Assembly (NCBI GenBank): GCA_020848905.1
Contig: JADLHG010000054.1
Location: 1 to 64,000, forward strand
Source: Deltaproteobacteria bacterium
GTDB lineage: Bacteria > Myxococcota_A > Polyangia > GCA-2747355 > JADLHG01
Direction: 5' to 3'
Length of the DNA stretch: 64,000 nt
How positions within the stretch are numbered: the stretch's first letter is position 1; the number at the start of each line of letters is the position of its first letter. Below the pieces are notes generated by a model, which saw only the letters and a program-made list of their open reading frames with translations, made no database searches and had not been told where the DNA came from. The position numbers and the translations under genes are program-made. Shown piece by piece: positions 19,491 to 29,592 of this stretch.

Positions 19491-21179
19491 ATGCACAACC
19501 TGCAGATCTTGATGACCTTCGCTGTCGGGCTCGCTGCGGCCCTCATCCTCGCCTATGTCGCGCACAGGCTGAAGCTCTCGCCCATCGTGGGCTATCTGCT
19601 CGCTGGCATCGCCGTGGGCCCCTTCACGCCGGGGTTCGTGGCCGATCGGCTCGCCACGGAGCAATTCGCCGAGATCGGCGTCATTCTGCTCTTGTTCGGG
19701 ACCGGGCTGCGTTTTCATCTGCGCGAGCTGATCGCGGTCTGGCGCGTGGCGGTGCCAGGGGCCTTGCTTCAGAGCGCCGCCTCGAGCATCGCCCTCGCGC
19801 TGCTCCTGTTGGCGCTGGGATGGAGCTGGAGCGCCGGGCTGCTGCTCGGGATGGCGATCTCGGTCGCCAGCACCGTCGTCATGGTTGTGGTGCTGGCCGA
19901 CCGTGGAGACCTCGACGGCCCCATCGGTCACCTCGCGGCAGGCTGGACCGTGGTTGAAGACCTCATCACGGTCGCGCTGCTGCTCGTGCTGCCCATCATC
20001 GTCTTGCGCGAGAGTGGAGGACAGGGTGTCTGGGTACCGCTCGGGCTGACGGCACTCAAAGTCATGGCACTGGTCGCGGCGGTCGTCGTGCTCGGCCGGT
20101 GGATCATCCCGTGGGCCCTGGAGCGCGTCGCACGGACCCGCTCGCGCGAGCTCTTCACGCTCGCCGTGCTCGTCGTCGCGGTCGGCATCGCGGTGGGCGC
20201 TGCACGAGTGTTCGGGGTCTCGGTCACGCTCGGCGCCTTCATGGCCGGACTGGCCGTTGGACGCTCCGAGTTCGCCGCCCGAGCGGCTGGCGACGCGGTA
20301 CCCATGCGCGACGCCTTTGCCGTCCTCTTCTTCGTCTCGGTCGGCATGCTCTGCGATCCACGCGCCCTCGTCGAGGCACCGCTGCTCACTTTGGCGGTGC
20401 TGGCAGTCGTGGTCGGGGGCAAGCCGCTCGCCGCGCTGGCAACGATGCGGCTCCTGAGACGGCCCATGACGATCGCCGTTCCGGTCGCAGCGGCGCTCGC
20501 CCAAGTCGGTGAGTTCAGCTTTATCCTCTGCTCCTTGGCCAGGGAGCTGGGATTGCTCGGCGGCGCCGGCTGGAACGCCATGGTGGCTGCGTCCATCATC
20601 TCCATCGCCGTCAATCCGTCCTTGTACCGTTGGGCCCGTCGGCTGGCGGGCAGAGCCGGAAACCTGATCGGCGACGACGTGCGACGAGGAGTCGTCGATC
20701 CGCGGAGCTGCATCCTGGTGGGCTACGGCCCGGTCGGCAGCACGGTCCATCGGCTCCTCGCTGAACGGGGCGCCGCCGTGACCGTCATCGAGCTCAACCT
20801 CGACACCGTCCGCCGGCTGAGAGAACAGGGGGTCGCCGCAATCTACGGCGACGTGCTTCGGCCGGGGGTCCTCGAAGCTGCGGGCATCGCCACCGCTGGA
20901 AGCTTGATCCTGAGCGCGGACGTCGAAGACGCTGAGGAGGTGATTCGTCAGACACGCAGCGCAAACCCCGGCCTGCGGGTGCTGGTGCGCTGTACCCACC
21001 TCCGTGACGTCGCGTCTCTACGACACGCTGGAGCGTCGGTTGTCGCTGCCGGGGAAGCGGAGGTCGCGGTGGCCTTGGCCGAGGCGGTGTCCGTCGTCAG
21101 TGGAACAGGCGAGGGTTGGCAGCGAGAGGACATCAGACGCCGCCTCTACGACGAGGGACCGCCCCTCGGTGGAGCATAG
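19491..21179 (+). CDS. Kef-type K+/H+ antiporter (CPA2 membrane domain plus C-terminal RCK/TrkA-N domain)
   Basis: About 12 TM helices, then Rossmann motif GYGPVGSTV. GGAGAG before ATG 19491. The track ORF begins upstream at 19422. Confidence 0.85.
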   Translation: MHNLQILMTFAVGLAAALILAYVAHRLKLSPIVGYLLAGIAVGPFTPGFVADRLATEQFAEIGVILLLFGTGLRFHLRELIAVWRVAVPGALLQSAASSIALALLLLALGWSWSAGLLLGMAISVASTVVMVVVLADRGDLDGPIGHLAAGWTVVEDLITVALLLVLPIIVLRESGGQGVWVPLGLTALKVMALVAAVVVLGRWIIPWALERVARTRSRELFTLAVLVVAVGIAVGAARVFGVSVTLGAFMAGLAVGRSEFAARAAGDAVPMRDAFAVLFFVSVGMLCDPRALVEAPLLTLAVLAVVVGGKPLAALATMRLLRRPMTIAVPVAAALAQVGEFSFILCSLARELGLLGGAGWNAMVAASIISIAVNPSLYRWARRLAGRAGNLIGDDVRRGVVDPRSCILVGYGPVGSTVHRLLAERGAAVTVIELNLDTVRRLREQGVAAIYGDVLRPGVLEAAGIATAGSLILSADVEDAEEVIRQTRSANPGLRVLVRCTHLRDVASLRHAGASVVAAGEAEVAVALAEAVSVVSGTGEGWQREDIRRRLYDEGPPLGGA

Positions 21180-21211
21180 AGGTCCCAGCTGCCTGGCACG
21201 GCGCTCGGGGG

Positions 21212-21586
21212 TCAGGCGAGCGGCACGCCCAGCTTGTCGAGCGCGTAGTAGCCGAGCTCTCCGAGGGTGGCCGAGACGGCGTTGGCGAAGAAGGCGAGGC
21301 CCAGGCACCAGAGCGCCGAGGTCCCCTCCCAGCGCTGTCGGCGCGCCAGGGCGTAGAGCAGGACTCCCTCCACGCTCACCGCCACGAGCTCGGCGAGGAG
21401 GCTGTAGTGCACGGGGTTCTGCATCCACTTGGGGAGCGCGAGGAAGATGAACGGGTGGGTCACGAGGTTGATGAGCAGCGTGAAGCCCACCAGGCGCGAG
21501 GCCGAGAGGAAGCGGCGCAGGAAGAGCGCGTAGACCGGTAGCTCGAGCAGATAGGTCGCGGCGAAGATGACGAGCCAGAGCTTCAC
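21212..21586 (-). CDS. small integral membrane protein (4 predicted TM)
   Basis: 124 aa, hydrophobic. GTG start 6 nt after the stop of the upstream lipoprotein gene. Confidence 0.45.
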   Translation of the reverse strand: MKLWLVIFAATYLLELPVYALFLRRFLSASRLVGFTLLINLVTHPFIFLALPKWMQNPVHYSLLAELVAVSVEGVLLYALARRQRWEGTSALWCLGLAFFANAVSATLGELGYYALDKLGVPLA

Positions 21587-21592
21587 GGGACC

Positions 21593-22465
21593 TTACTTCG
21601 CGCAGGTCCCCGAGCAGGCGACCTGGCCGGCCTGCGGGGCGCAGAACTGGCTGGGGTCGGGCGCCGTGGCCTTGGTCAGGAAGGCCACCGGGTCCTGCTC
21701 CAGGCTGGCCTGTCGCGCGAGCTGCCGCACCTGCCGGGTGAGCGTGCGCGCCTTGGCGGCGAAGTCCGCCACGCCGGTGGCCCGATGGGCGTAGGCCTTG
21801 AGCTGCGCCTGGCCGTAGGTGAGGAGCACGGTGGCCGCGTCGTCCTCGAGGTCCTCGAAGAGCGCTTCGTTCTCGGACATCATGTCGCTCTGCAGCACGA
21901 GCTCCCAGGCCACCTCCTTCGACAGCGTGCGCTCCACGCAGCGCAGCTTCGGCTGGCACTGCCGCGCGTTGCCGAAGAAGCCGCCGCACCCCTCGTTCTG
22001 CTCGGAGAGCGTGCCGGAGTGCATGGTGAAGGTGGAGGGCTCGTGCGCCGGGCGCAGCCGGAGCGTCTCTCCGTCCTTGGAGAAGGAGAAGGCGTCCATG
22101 GCCATATAGAAGCCCGTCGAGAGCGGCCCGCCGGTGCGCGGGGTCCAGAAGAGCAGCCACTCGCCGACGCGCGTGACCCAGCCCGCCTCGTAGGTGACCT
22201 CGGTGCAGTTGTTCGCCGTGCAGCGGGAGCGCGCGAAGCCGCCCCGCGGGTCGATGACCAGGCTGACGAGCTGGCCCCGGTAGGCGCGCGTGGTGACGAG
22301 CCCGTAGCTGCCCGCGAGGTTGACGCGGCTCGCGGCGGAGCGCACGGAGCCCTCGTCGGCGCTCTGGCCCACCTCGGCGGGCCCGTCGGCGCCGCAGGCG
22401 CCAAAGGCGGTCAGGCCGATGAGAGCGGCCGCGAGAAGAAGGGGCCTATTCCGGATCGAAGACAT
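21593..22465 (-). CDS. secreted lipoprotein, unknown function
   Basis: Signal peptide with lipobox LTAFGAC. 290 aa. Confidence 0.55.
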   Translation of the reverse strand: MSSIRNRPLLLAAALIGLTAFGACGADGPAEVGQSADEGSVRSAASRVNLAGSYGLVTTRAYRGQLVSLVIDPRGGFARSRCTANNCTEVTYEAGWVTRVGEWLLFWTPRTGGPLSTGFYMAMDAFSFSKDGETLRLRPAHEPSTFTMHSGTLSEQNEGCGGFFGNARQCQPKLRCVERTLSKEVAWELVLQSDMMSENEALFEDLEDDAATVLLTYGQAQLKAYAHRATGVADFAAKARTLTRQVRQLARQASLEQDPVAFLTKATAPDPSQFCAPQAGQVACSGTCAK

Positions 22466-22632
22466 GGTCGTGCTCCACGGGCTTGGCGGGCGCGACGGGC
22501 GCTCGCGTGACCTGATGGGTTCGAGAAAGCTCGCCTCCGTCGGCTTAGCAGGGACCGTGCCGGATCCTTCGCGAGCGACCTCACGATGTTCCGCGCGCGC
22601 GCGGCACCGAAAGTCGGGTACCCGGCGACGGG

Positions 22633-22668
22633 AGGGGTCAGGGAAGGGTCAGGGAAGGGTCAGGGAGG
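22633..22668. repeat. three tandem copies of GGTCAGGGAAG in the intergenic/promoter region
   Basis: Read as ggtcagggaag ggtcagggaag ggtcagggagg, upstream of the lipoprotein gene starting at 22465. Confidence 0.6.
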
Positions 22669-22705
22669 GGAGAACGCGGGGGGACTTGCGCCCCCTTGGG
22701 CCGGG

Positions 22706-23914
22706 CTATAGGCCGCAGACGTCCTTGATGGGATCCGCGCCCGCCGGGAAGTACTGACCCTGCGGCAGGCAGCGCTCCTTGCACCAGAAGAAGGCGCACT
22801 GGCCGGAGCAGGCGTTGATCCCTACGCCCGGCTGGGTCACGTCGATCGTCGCGCAGTGCCAGACCTGATTCCCGTCGGTCCCCCGCGGCAGGCACAGGTT
22901 GACGTTCGAGTAGTACGCGCAGCGGTGGGTCGAGGGGAGCGCCTTGCAGGTCTCGAGGGAGATGGTGCCGCACCAGGCGTTCGCCGCAGGCAGCGGAGCC
23001 GGCTGCACGGGCGTGGTGGGCCCGAGGGCCTCGAGCTCGCTGCTGCAGCAGTGATCGCACTCGGACCAGTTGTAGTTCCGCGTCGAGGGGCCCTTGCCCC
23101 GGCAGGCGCCATACGCGCCGTCATTCGCCCCGCGGTAGTTCTGCTCGCAGATGGCGCCCTTCCACCCCTGCTCGCGCGAGAGCTGGCCGCAGCTCTTGTT
23201 CACCCAGGCCGGCAGCGCCTTGCAGTTGCCGTCGGTGGCCGAGATCATCTGGCAGGTCTGGCCGCTCTCGCAGCGCACGATGCTCGTGTTCCCCGCGCAC
23301 CACTCGTCCTGCTTGCGGTGGGCCGTCCACTTCCAGGTCGAGCCGTACTGCAGGCAGGTCAGCGTATAGGTCTTGCCGTTCATCTGATTGAACCAGAGGA
23401 CGGCCTGACCGGCCTGGCAGGCCTTGCCCGGCTGATCATAGATCGGCGTCGTCGTCGGCGTGGTGGGCGACGTGGTGGACGGCGTCGTGTAGTACGCGGG
23501 GGCCTTGCAGGTCCCCTGGCCGGCCGCGTAAAGCTCGCACTTCGCGGGGGCCGTGCAGCGCACGATCGTGTCGTCTCCGGCGCACCAGTCGCTGACGTCG
23601 CGGTAGGCGACCCACTTCAGCGAGCCGCCCTGGTACTGGCAGGCCATGAGGTAGTTGCGCCCCTTCTTGTCGTTGTACCAGCAGGTGGCCGAGTTCTCGG
23701 TGTAGCAGCCGACGCCGGGCTTCGAGTAGCCGTACGAGGCGCACTGCTCGTTGGTCATGTCGGCCTTGCTGTCGGACATCACGGCCTGCTTGGCCGCCCA
23801 GTCCACCGGGCCGCTGCCCTGCCCCGTCTCCTGGCCGCAGCCGGGAAGCCACGCCGCGCTCCCCACGGTCCCTGTAAGCAGGGTGCAAAGAATTATCGTT
23901 CTGCGCGTTTTCAT
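22706..23914 (-). CDS. Cys-rich secreted lipoprotein with an internally duplicated about 60-aa domain
   Basis: Lipobox LPGC. Two homologous segments (CWYNDKKGRNYLMACQYQGGSLKWVAYRDVSDWCAGDDTIVRC and LWFNQMNGKTYTLTCLQYGSTWKWTAHRKQDEWCAGNTSIVRC). GGAGG Shine-Dalgarno. The track ORF is extended upstream to 24508. Confidence 0.65.
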   Translation of the reverse strand: MKTRRTIILCTLLTGTVGSAAWLPGCGQETGQGSGPVDWAAKQAVMSDSKADMTNEQCASYGYSKPGVGCYTENSATCWYNDKKGRNYLMACQYQGGSLKWVAYRDVSDWCAGDDTIVRCTAPAKCELYAAGQGTCKAPAYYTTPSTTSPTTPTTTPIYDQPGKACQAGQAVLWFNQMNGKTYTLTCLQYGSTWKWTAHRKQDEWCAGNTSIVRCESGQTCQMISATDGNCKALPAWVNKSCGQLSREQGWKGAICEQNYRGANDGAYGACRGKGPSTRNYNWSECDHCCSSELEALGPTTPVQPAPLPAANAWCGTISLETCKALPSTHRCAYYSNVNLCLPRGTDGNQVWHCATIDVTQPGVGINACSGQCAFFWCKERCLPQGQYFPAGADPIKDVCGL

Positions 23915-24431
23915 TGTTATACGCCTCCTACCTGTTACAGGGCACAGCTCCGCCAAGACCGTTCGGCGAAGACAAGCCGCGGTTGTTTGCTGGGCCAGCC
24001 AGCGGGCCACCAAGAGGTGGCCAGGGGTCGTTGGTCGAGCGCGCCCTGAGCACGTCCCGTACCAACCGATCGGGCGGCCAGACCCGCGCCGCGAAACGAT
24101 CTTTACGGCCAGTCGGCCAGCCGGGTCTCCGAATGTCGGACGGATCGACGGAGCCGATCCGCAGATCTGGAAACGCAACGACCGCTGGTCGGCTGCCCCC
24201 AAGTGACCGCAGTGATTGACTCGAGCGGCCACGCAAAAAGACCCGGATCCCCCTGGCGGCGGGAGGGGCCGCGGCGCACCGGTTTCCGGGCAGGGGCCTC
24301 TTTCCGCCGTGCTAGGGCGGCGTGGGCCACGGTTCTGGGCCTCGATCGCGGCCAGCGAAGGTCCCCTTGGCGGTCGGGCCGTTCGTGATGTCGCGGAGCC
24401 TGGCCTGTCGCGTGCAAAGCTGCGCCGTACG

Positions 24432-25109
24432 ATGGCCAACCGACTCGAGCAAGCCCGCAAGAACCCCGATTCGAAGAAAGCCACCATCTTGAAGGCCGCG
24501 CGTCGCATCTTCGCGCGCCGGGGCTACCACGCCACCGGCATTCGCGACGTGGCGGCCGAGGCGGGCGTGGATACGAAGACGCTCTATTACCATTGGAGCT
24601 CGAAGCAGACCCTCTTCGAGGCCGTGCTGGCGGACATCCAGCTCGACTTCGAGAACCTGCTCAAGTACTGGATCAACGCCACGCAGGAGATGGGCTTCGA
24701 GCAGAGCATCGAGATGCTCATCGACAAGGTCATCCCGGCCATCCTGGACGATCCCGACGCCGGCCGCATCGTGCTCCTCTCGATGGTGGACTACGGCATC
24801 GAGGACGCCCAGTGGGACATCCGGTACATGCCGACGCTGCTCGCGACCATGCGCCGCTACGTGGAACGCCGCCTGGGGATCGAGGCGCTGCCGCCGCAGT
24901 TCGACACGGTGGTCCTCGGGGTGGTGAACATGATGATCATGCTCTACGGCGCGAAGAACTATCAGATGAAGGTCCTCGGCGCCGAGACCCACGAGGCCTA
25001 CCGGGAGCGCATCAAGAGCATGGCCCGCTTTTCCATTGCCGCGGCGATGACGGTGATCGGGCAGGGGGTCGCGAGCGCACCGCAGCACGTGCCGGCCATC
25101 GCGCCGTAG
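24432..25109 (+). CDS. TetR/AcrR family transcriptional regulator
   Basis: N-terminal HTH (ILKAARRIFARRGYHATGIRDVAAEAGV) plus helical ligand domain. Divergent from the lipoprotein gene. Confidence 0.8.
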   Translation: MANRLEQARKNPDSKKATILKAARRIFARRGYHATGIRDVAAEAGVDTKTLYYHWSSKQTLFEAVLADIQLDFENLLKYWINATQEMGFEQSIEMLIDKVIPAILDDPDAGRIVLLSMVDYGIEDAQWDIRYMPTLLATMRRYVERRLGIEALPPQFDTVVLGVVNMMIMLYGAKNYQMKVLGAETHEAYRERIKSMARFSIAAAMTVIGQGVASAPQHVPAIAP

Positions 25110-25149
25110 CGCGGGGCTGCGGCCGAGGCGCCGGTCTCGCGACGATCGA

Positions 25150-27132
25150 TCAGTTGGAGCCGCCGTCGGCGCGCGCCGCGGGCCGGCTGTCGCGAGCGGC
25201 GCGAATCGCGGGCCACATCCCCTTTGGCGCGGCGTCCACCGCGGAACCGGCTCCGCGCACGCCGCCATCGCCGCGAGCGGAGAGCCCGGCCTTCGGAGGC
25301 GCGGGCTTCGGTGGAGTGATCCGCCGCGGCACAGCCCTCGAGGGACGAGCCTTCGCCGCCGGCTTCGACCGCGCTATGGCCGCGCCCTTGTCGCCGGCAC
25401 GCCCCGACTTCGCCTCCGGCTCCTCCTCGGACGCACCGTCGGCTCCCTTCGCGGCGTCGTCCTCCGCTGCGCCGCCGTCCGCTGCACCGGCCGCGGCGCT
25501 CGCTCCGTCGCTCGCAGGCTCCGCGCCATCGGAAGTGCGCGTCCCCGCATCCCCGCCGCGCACCACCCCGTCCCCGCTCCGCGCTCCTGCGTCGGGCGCG
25601 CTCGCGTGCCCCGCCGCGCCGGCGTCGTGCTTCGTCGCCAGCGGCGCGCCCACGCCGAGTCGCCCGCGGAGCTGCACGAGCCACGCGGGCCCGGGCTTCC
25701 AGAGATAGAGCGCCGCCGCCACTCCCCCGGCGAGGGCGAGGAGCACCACGAGCAGGCCTACGAAGGGCGAGCGTCCGCGGTGCCGGCCGAGGCCGTACCG
25801 CTCGGCCGTCTCTCCGCCGCGAGAGTGCGAGCGCAGCGGCACGTCGTGCTCGTCATCGAGGGGCAGGCGCGTCGCGGTGTCGTCACGGTCGCGCGGGGCG
25901 AGCTCGTCGTCGAGCCGGGGCAGCCGGGCCGGGGCGCTGTCTCCTCGCCGGGCCTGGGCCGGGATGCGTTCGTCGAGGGCGCGCAGGTCCTGAAGCGTGG
26001 CGTCGTCGGTGGGGCGAGAACGCCGCGCGGGCGGGGAGGGTGTGGGCTGGCGCGCGTCCTCCTGGCGCAGGGCGTGGATCGTGGCGTCGAAGGCCAGCCG
26101 CGGCCGCTGGCTCGGGGAGGCGCGCACCCCGCCGCGCGCGGTGTCGCGGCTGGAGGTCGTGCCCTGCTCCGTGTTGGCCACCGCCTCGTCGAAGGCCAGG
26201 CTCACGTCGTCGCTCAGCTGCGTGCGGTCGAGCTTCTGGAGCCACTCGCCTACGCGCCCGGCCGAGACGACGAGCCGGTGCTCGACCTGGAAGGCCAGCA
26301 GATCCTCCTGCAGCTCCTTCACGTGCTGGTAGCGATCGTCGGGGTCGAGCGTGGTGGCCTTGAGAAAGATGCCCTCGAGCTCGGGCGGGTAGTCGGGGAT
26401 GATGCTGCTCGGCGAGGGGAGGTCGCGTTTCGCGGCGGCGAAGATCATCGCCGTGTCGGTGTTGGCCGGATTGGCCCTGCGCCCGACGGTGACCTCGAAG
26501 AGCAGAAGCCCCATGGCGTAGATGTCCGAGCGGTAGTCCACCGCGTGGCCGCGCGCCTGCTCCGGCGAGAGGTAGGCGAACTTCCCCTTGAGCACGCCCG
26601 CCGCCGTCTGTTGATTCTGGCGCGCGACCTTGGCGATGCCGAAGTCGGAGATCTTCACCGTGCCCGCGTAACCGACGAGGATGTTCGGCGGACTGATGTC
26701 GCGGTGCACGAGGTGCAGCGGCTGGCCGTCGTGTCCGACGGCGTCGTGCGCGAAGGCCAGGCCCTCGCACGCGTTGAGCAGGATGTAGAGCGCGTAGGAG
26801 AGCTCGAGCGGGCCGCTGACCATCTCGAGCATCGTGCCCAAGTCGCGACCGGGCACGTACTCCATCGCGATGAAGTAGATGCCGTCCACCTCGTCGAGCT
26901 CGTAGATCTGGACGATGTTCGGGTGGTCGAGGAGCGCGGCGACGCGGCCCTCGTTCAGGAACATCTCGACGAAGTGCGGGTCGTCCACGAGCGCGGGGCG
27001 GATGCGCTTGACCACGACCTGCTTCGAGAAGCCGGCGATCCCCGGTTGCTGGGCGAGGAAGACCTCGCCCATGCCACCCACGGCGAGCCGTCGAAGAAGC
27101 GTGTAGCGGCCGAACGGCTCCACGACGGACAT
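25150..27132 (-). CDS. Ser/Thr protein kinase with Pro/Ala/Arg-rich linker and C-terminal TM segment
   Basis: GxGxxG loop LAVGGMGEV, VAVK-type lysine, HRDISPPN catalytic loop, DFG, APE. Confidence 0.85.
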   Translation of the reverse strand: MSVVEPFGRYTLLRRLAVGGMGEVFLAQQPGIAGFSKQVVVKRIRPALVDDPHFVEMFLNEGRVAALLDHPNIVQIYELDEVDGIYFIAMEYVPGRDLGTMLEMVSGPLELSYALYILLNACEGLAFAHDAVGHDGQPLHLVHRDISPPNILVGYAGTVKISDFGIAKVARQNQQTAAGVLKGKFAYLSPEQARGHAVDYRSDIYAMGLLLFEVTVGRRANPANTDTAMIFAAAKRDLPSPSSIIPDYPPELEGIFLKATTLDPDDRYQHVKELQEDLLAFQVEHRLVVSAGRVGEWLQKLDRTQLSDDVSLAFDEAVANTEQGTTSSRDTARGGVRASPSQRPRLAFDATIHALRQEDARQPTPSPPARRSRPTDDATLQDLRALDERIPAQARRGDSAPARLPRLDDELAPRDRDDTATRLPLDDEHDVPLRSHSRGGETAERYGLGRHRGRSPFVGLLVVLLALAGGVAAALYLWKPGPAWLVQLRGRLGVGAPLATKHDAGAAGHASAPDAGARSGDGVVRGGDAGTRTSDGAEPASDGASAAAGAADGGAAEDDAAKGADGASEEEPEAKSGRAGDKGAAIARSKPAAKARPSRAVPRRITPPKPAPPKAGLSARGDGGVRGAGSAVDAAPKGMWPAIRAARDSRPAARADGGSN

Positions 27133-27192
27133 GGTACGCCAGGACGGGGGACGCGGGGGAGGGATCCTGCGTGCGCAGCCTCGCACGCGACG

Positions 27193-27981
27193 CTAACGCA
27201 GGAGCGGCGGACCGACGACGAGATCCTGGTTCCCACGAGGCCCGCGCAGCGTCAGGCGATGACAGGGGGCGCGTCCGTCGACGAGCCCCTGGGCGCGGCC
27301 CGGGTCCACGAAGCTGCTCGCGGCGTGGGCGGACCGCTCCCAGCGGGCGAGGTGCGGTTCGGTGCGCTCGTCGGGCTGGCAGTAGCAGAGGTGGTCGAGC
27401 TCGGGCTCGGACGCGTCGTCGCCGTCGTGCACGGCGAGCGTCGGGAAGTAGAGGCGGTCGGACCATCGTCGCGGAAAGTGCAACGCCACCGGAAGGACGA
27501 GCCGCGCCTGCGGCCTACGGAAGTGCGCGAGCAGGCCGCCCCACGAGGTCAGGCGAAGCACGGCGAAGGCGAAGTCGGCGTACTCGGCGAGGCGCGCGAG
27601 GAGCCGGGGCGAGGGGGCGAAGCGCGCGTCCAGGCGCGCGAGGGAGGCCAGGTCGGGTGCGACCGAGAGCTCGAGTGGCGCGATCGCGTGCGCCCTGGGG
27701 GTGCCGCGGAGCGCGCGGGGGGGCGCAGCGGAGGCCGCGCGGGGCAGGGCCGTAAACCCGAGGCCGAGCTCGTCGAAGAAGGTCGGGTAGCTCTGCAGGT
27801 CCAGAAAGCGCACCGCGTCGGCGGCGGTCCCGGCAGGGGTGGGCAGCGGGACGAGCAGGGCCAGATCTTCGCGAGCGGCGACGGTCGCGCTGATCGCGAG
27901 GAGCTGCCCGCCGTCGTCGGCCGCGCGCGCGTAGAGCTGCGTTTGACCGACGGCCGCCACGGGGCGCGTGAAACAGGGCAT
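27193..27981 (-). CDS. hypothetical protein (immediately upstream of the kinase, same strand)
   Basis: 262-aa ORF with no recognisable motif. Placement suggests co-transcription with the kinase. Confidence 0.4.
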   Translation of the reverse strand: MPCFTRPVAAVGQTQLYARAADDGGQLLAISATVAAREDLALLVPLPTPAGTAADAVRFLDLQSYPTFFDELGLGFTALPRAASAAPPRALRGTPRAHAIAPLELSVAPDLASLARLDARFAPSPRLLARLAEYADFAFAVLRLTSWGGLLAHFRRPQARLVLPVALHFPRRWSDRLYFPTLAVHDGDDASEPELDHLCYCQPDERTEPHLARWERSAHAASSFVDPGRAQGLVDGRAPCHRLTLRGPRGNQDLVVGPPLLR

Positions 27982-28133
27982 CTCGTCCGACTATAACGCG
28001 GCCACGGGCCCCCAAGAACACCGACTACCGCCTCTCCGATTTCTCGCGTCCGGGAGAGGCGTTCGCCGGATTCCGCAGGCCCCGAAGAAGGAGGCCGCGC
28101 GCGGATCCGTGGCCCGGCCACGGCTTAGGCTCG

Positions 28134-28149
28134 TGGCACATGCGTTGCT
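28134..28149 (+). promoter_or_regulatory. sigma54 consensus element TGGCACATGCGTTGCT
   Basis: Matches TGGCAC-N5-TTGC. Its GC dinucleotide lies only about 15 nt before ATG 28163, implying a near-leaderless transcript if functional. Confidence 0.35.
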
Positions 28150-28162
28150 CACCTGCGTGGGC

Positions 28163-29578
28163 ATGCACGTGCTGCAGGGTCGCGCGGTATGGCTCGCGCT
28201 TGCGCTCGGGTGCGCCGGCGCGGCGGGCTGCCAGTCCGAGGGAGGCGCTCCTCCCACCGCGCTCGCCGTGGGCGTGGGAGGCAAGGCCGACGGCGTGGCC
28301 CAGGGGTGGGTCGAGTGCATCGCCGAAGCGTGCCCGGTCTACTGGTCCCGCAAGCCGAACCTCGGCCCCGACGAGGACGCGCCCGTGATGAGCGTGCCGC
28401 GCGGGCGACGCATGGGGGTCTACTCGGTGGCGCGCCCCTACGCGGTCGTGGCCTATCCCGACCCCGAGCAAGAGCATGCGGTTCAGCTCGCGGAGGTCTT
28501 CTCCGAGGAGGGGCAGCTCACCTGGCGGACGAGCGGTCTGCCGAGGCCGGGGGAGGCCGTGGTCTGCACCCGCGCGATCGGATGTCCGATCTACAGCACC
28601 GACCGCCCTCTCGGGTCGCCGTCGGGGATGCCCGCGACGACCGCCAGCCAGTGGACCGTGCAAGAGGCGCGGGCGGTGATGGGCGGCGCGACGGTCACGA
28701 CCTTTCCCTACTGGTTCGATGCGAACCGCGTACGCGTGGTCTACGCGACCGACGGCTGGGCTTCGCCCAGCCTGAAGGTCCCGTTCGTGACGCAGCAGCC
28801 GTACGGCGTGGCCTGCGCCGCGGCGGTGATGTCCATGGGCCTCGCGACCTACGGGCAGACGGTGAGTGTGAAGAAGGCCTACGACTGGTTCGCGACCCAC
28901 GGCGGGCTGAACGAGGCGGGCTACGTGGTGAGCGAGCTCATCCCCGATGCGGCCCGCTCTCTCTCGGGGGGCGCGGTGCGCGCGGTCGTCGACTGGTGGC
29001 AGGGCGAAGGGCTCGAGGGGCTCCGGCGGCGCCTGAACCTCGGCATGCCGGCCCACATCTTCGTGAACCACGCGAAGCTGCCGGGCTCGGGGATCACGAC
29101 CAACACGCCGCACAGCGTGCTCGTCACGGGCTACCGCGACGGCGTCTTCACCTACCACAACCCGTGGCGCTCCGTCGGCGGGCAGACGATCAAGGAGGCG
29201 GAGCTCGAGAAGGCCCTGCTCGCGAAGGTCAGCATCAATTACTTCGAGGCGGGGCCGTTCGGGGATTACGTGGAGGCGTTGACCCAGCGCGACCTGGCGC
29301 GGGCCCTCGGGCTCTACGCGCCGGAGCGGGTGGTGGTGAGTCCCTACGGCTTCTATCAGACTGACGCCGAGCTCACGACCTGGTTCAGCGAGCTCCTCGG
29401 CGAGCACCTGCCGGGAGCGGTCTTCACGCTCGAGGAGGTGCGGGGGCGCGGGACGCACAAGGTCCTGCGCTGGACCGCCACCACCGCGGGGGGCGAGGTG
29501 CGCGGCGAGGACACCTTCGGCCTCTTCGACGGGCGCATCCGCTATCAGAGCACCTCCTTCACCGCCGCGGCACCGTAG
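28163..29578 (+). CDS. lipoprotein with possible papain-like/C39-like Cys-His peptidase core, otherwise unknown
   Basis: Signal peptide with lipobox ALALGCAGAAGC. Candidate catalytic Cys (YGVACAAAVMSM) and His (HSVLVTGY). Start chosen at the signal-peptide Met. The track ORF starts at 27968. Confidence 0.55.
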   Translation: MHVLQGRAVWLALALGCAGAAGCQSEGGAPPTALAVGVGGKADGVAQGWVECIAEACPVYWSRKPNLGPDEDAPVMSVPRGRRMGVYSVARPYAVVAYPDPEQEHAVQLAEVFSEEGQLTWRTSGLPRPGEAVVCTRAIGCPIYSTDRPLGSPSGMPATTASQWTVQEARAVMGGATVTTFPYWFDANRVRVVYATDGWASPSLKVPFVTQQPYGVACAAAVMSMGLATYGQTVSVKKAYDWFATHGGLNEAGYVVSELIPDAARSLSGGAVRAVVDWWQGEGLEGLRRRLNLGMPAHIFVNHAKLPGSGITTNTPHSVLVTGYRDGVFTYHNPWRSVGGQTIKEAELEKALLAKVSINYFEAGPFGDYVEALTQRDLARALGLYAPERVVVSPYGFYQTDAELTTWFSELLGEHLPGAVFTLEEVRGRGTHKVLRWTATTAGGEVRGEDTFGLFDGRIRYQSTSFTAAAP

Positions 29579-29592
29579 TTATTGTTGACGCA

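Noticed and set aside
19455-20999. 514-aa minus-strand ORF over the antiporter gene
   Set aside because: Antisense shadow. The plus-strand product has clear TM and RCK features.
22560-22700. Rho-independent terminator after the Cys-rich lipoprotein gene
   Set aside because: A G/C hairpin exists, but the downstream tract is not T-rich on the transcribed strand.
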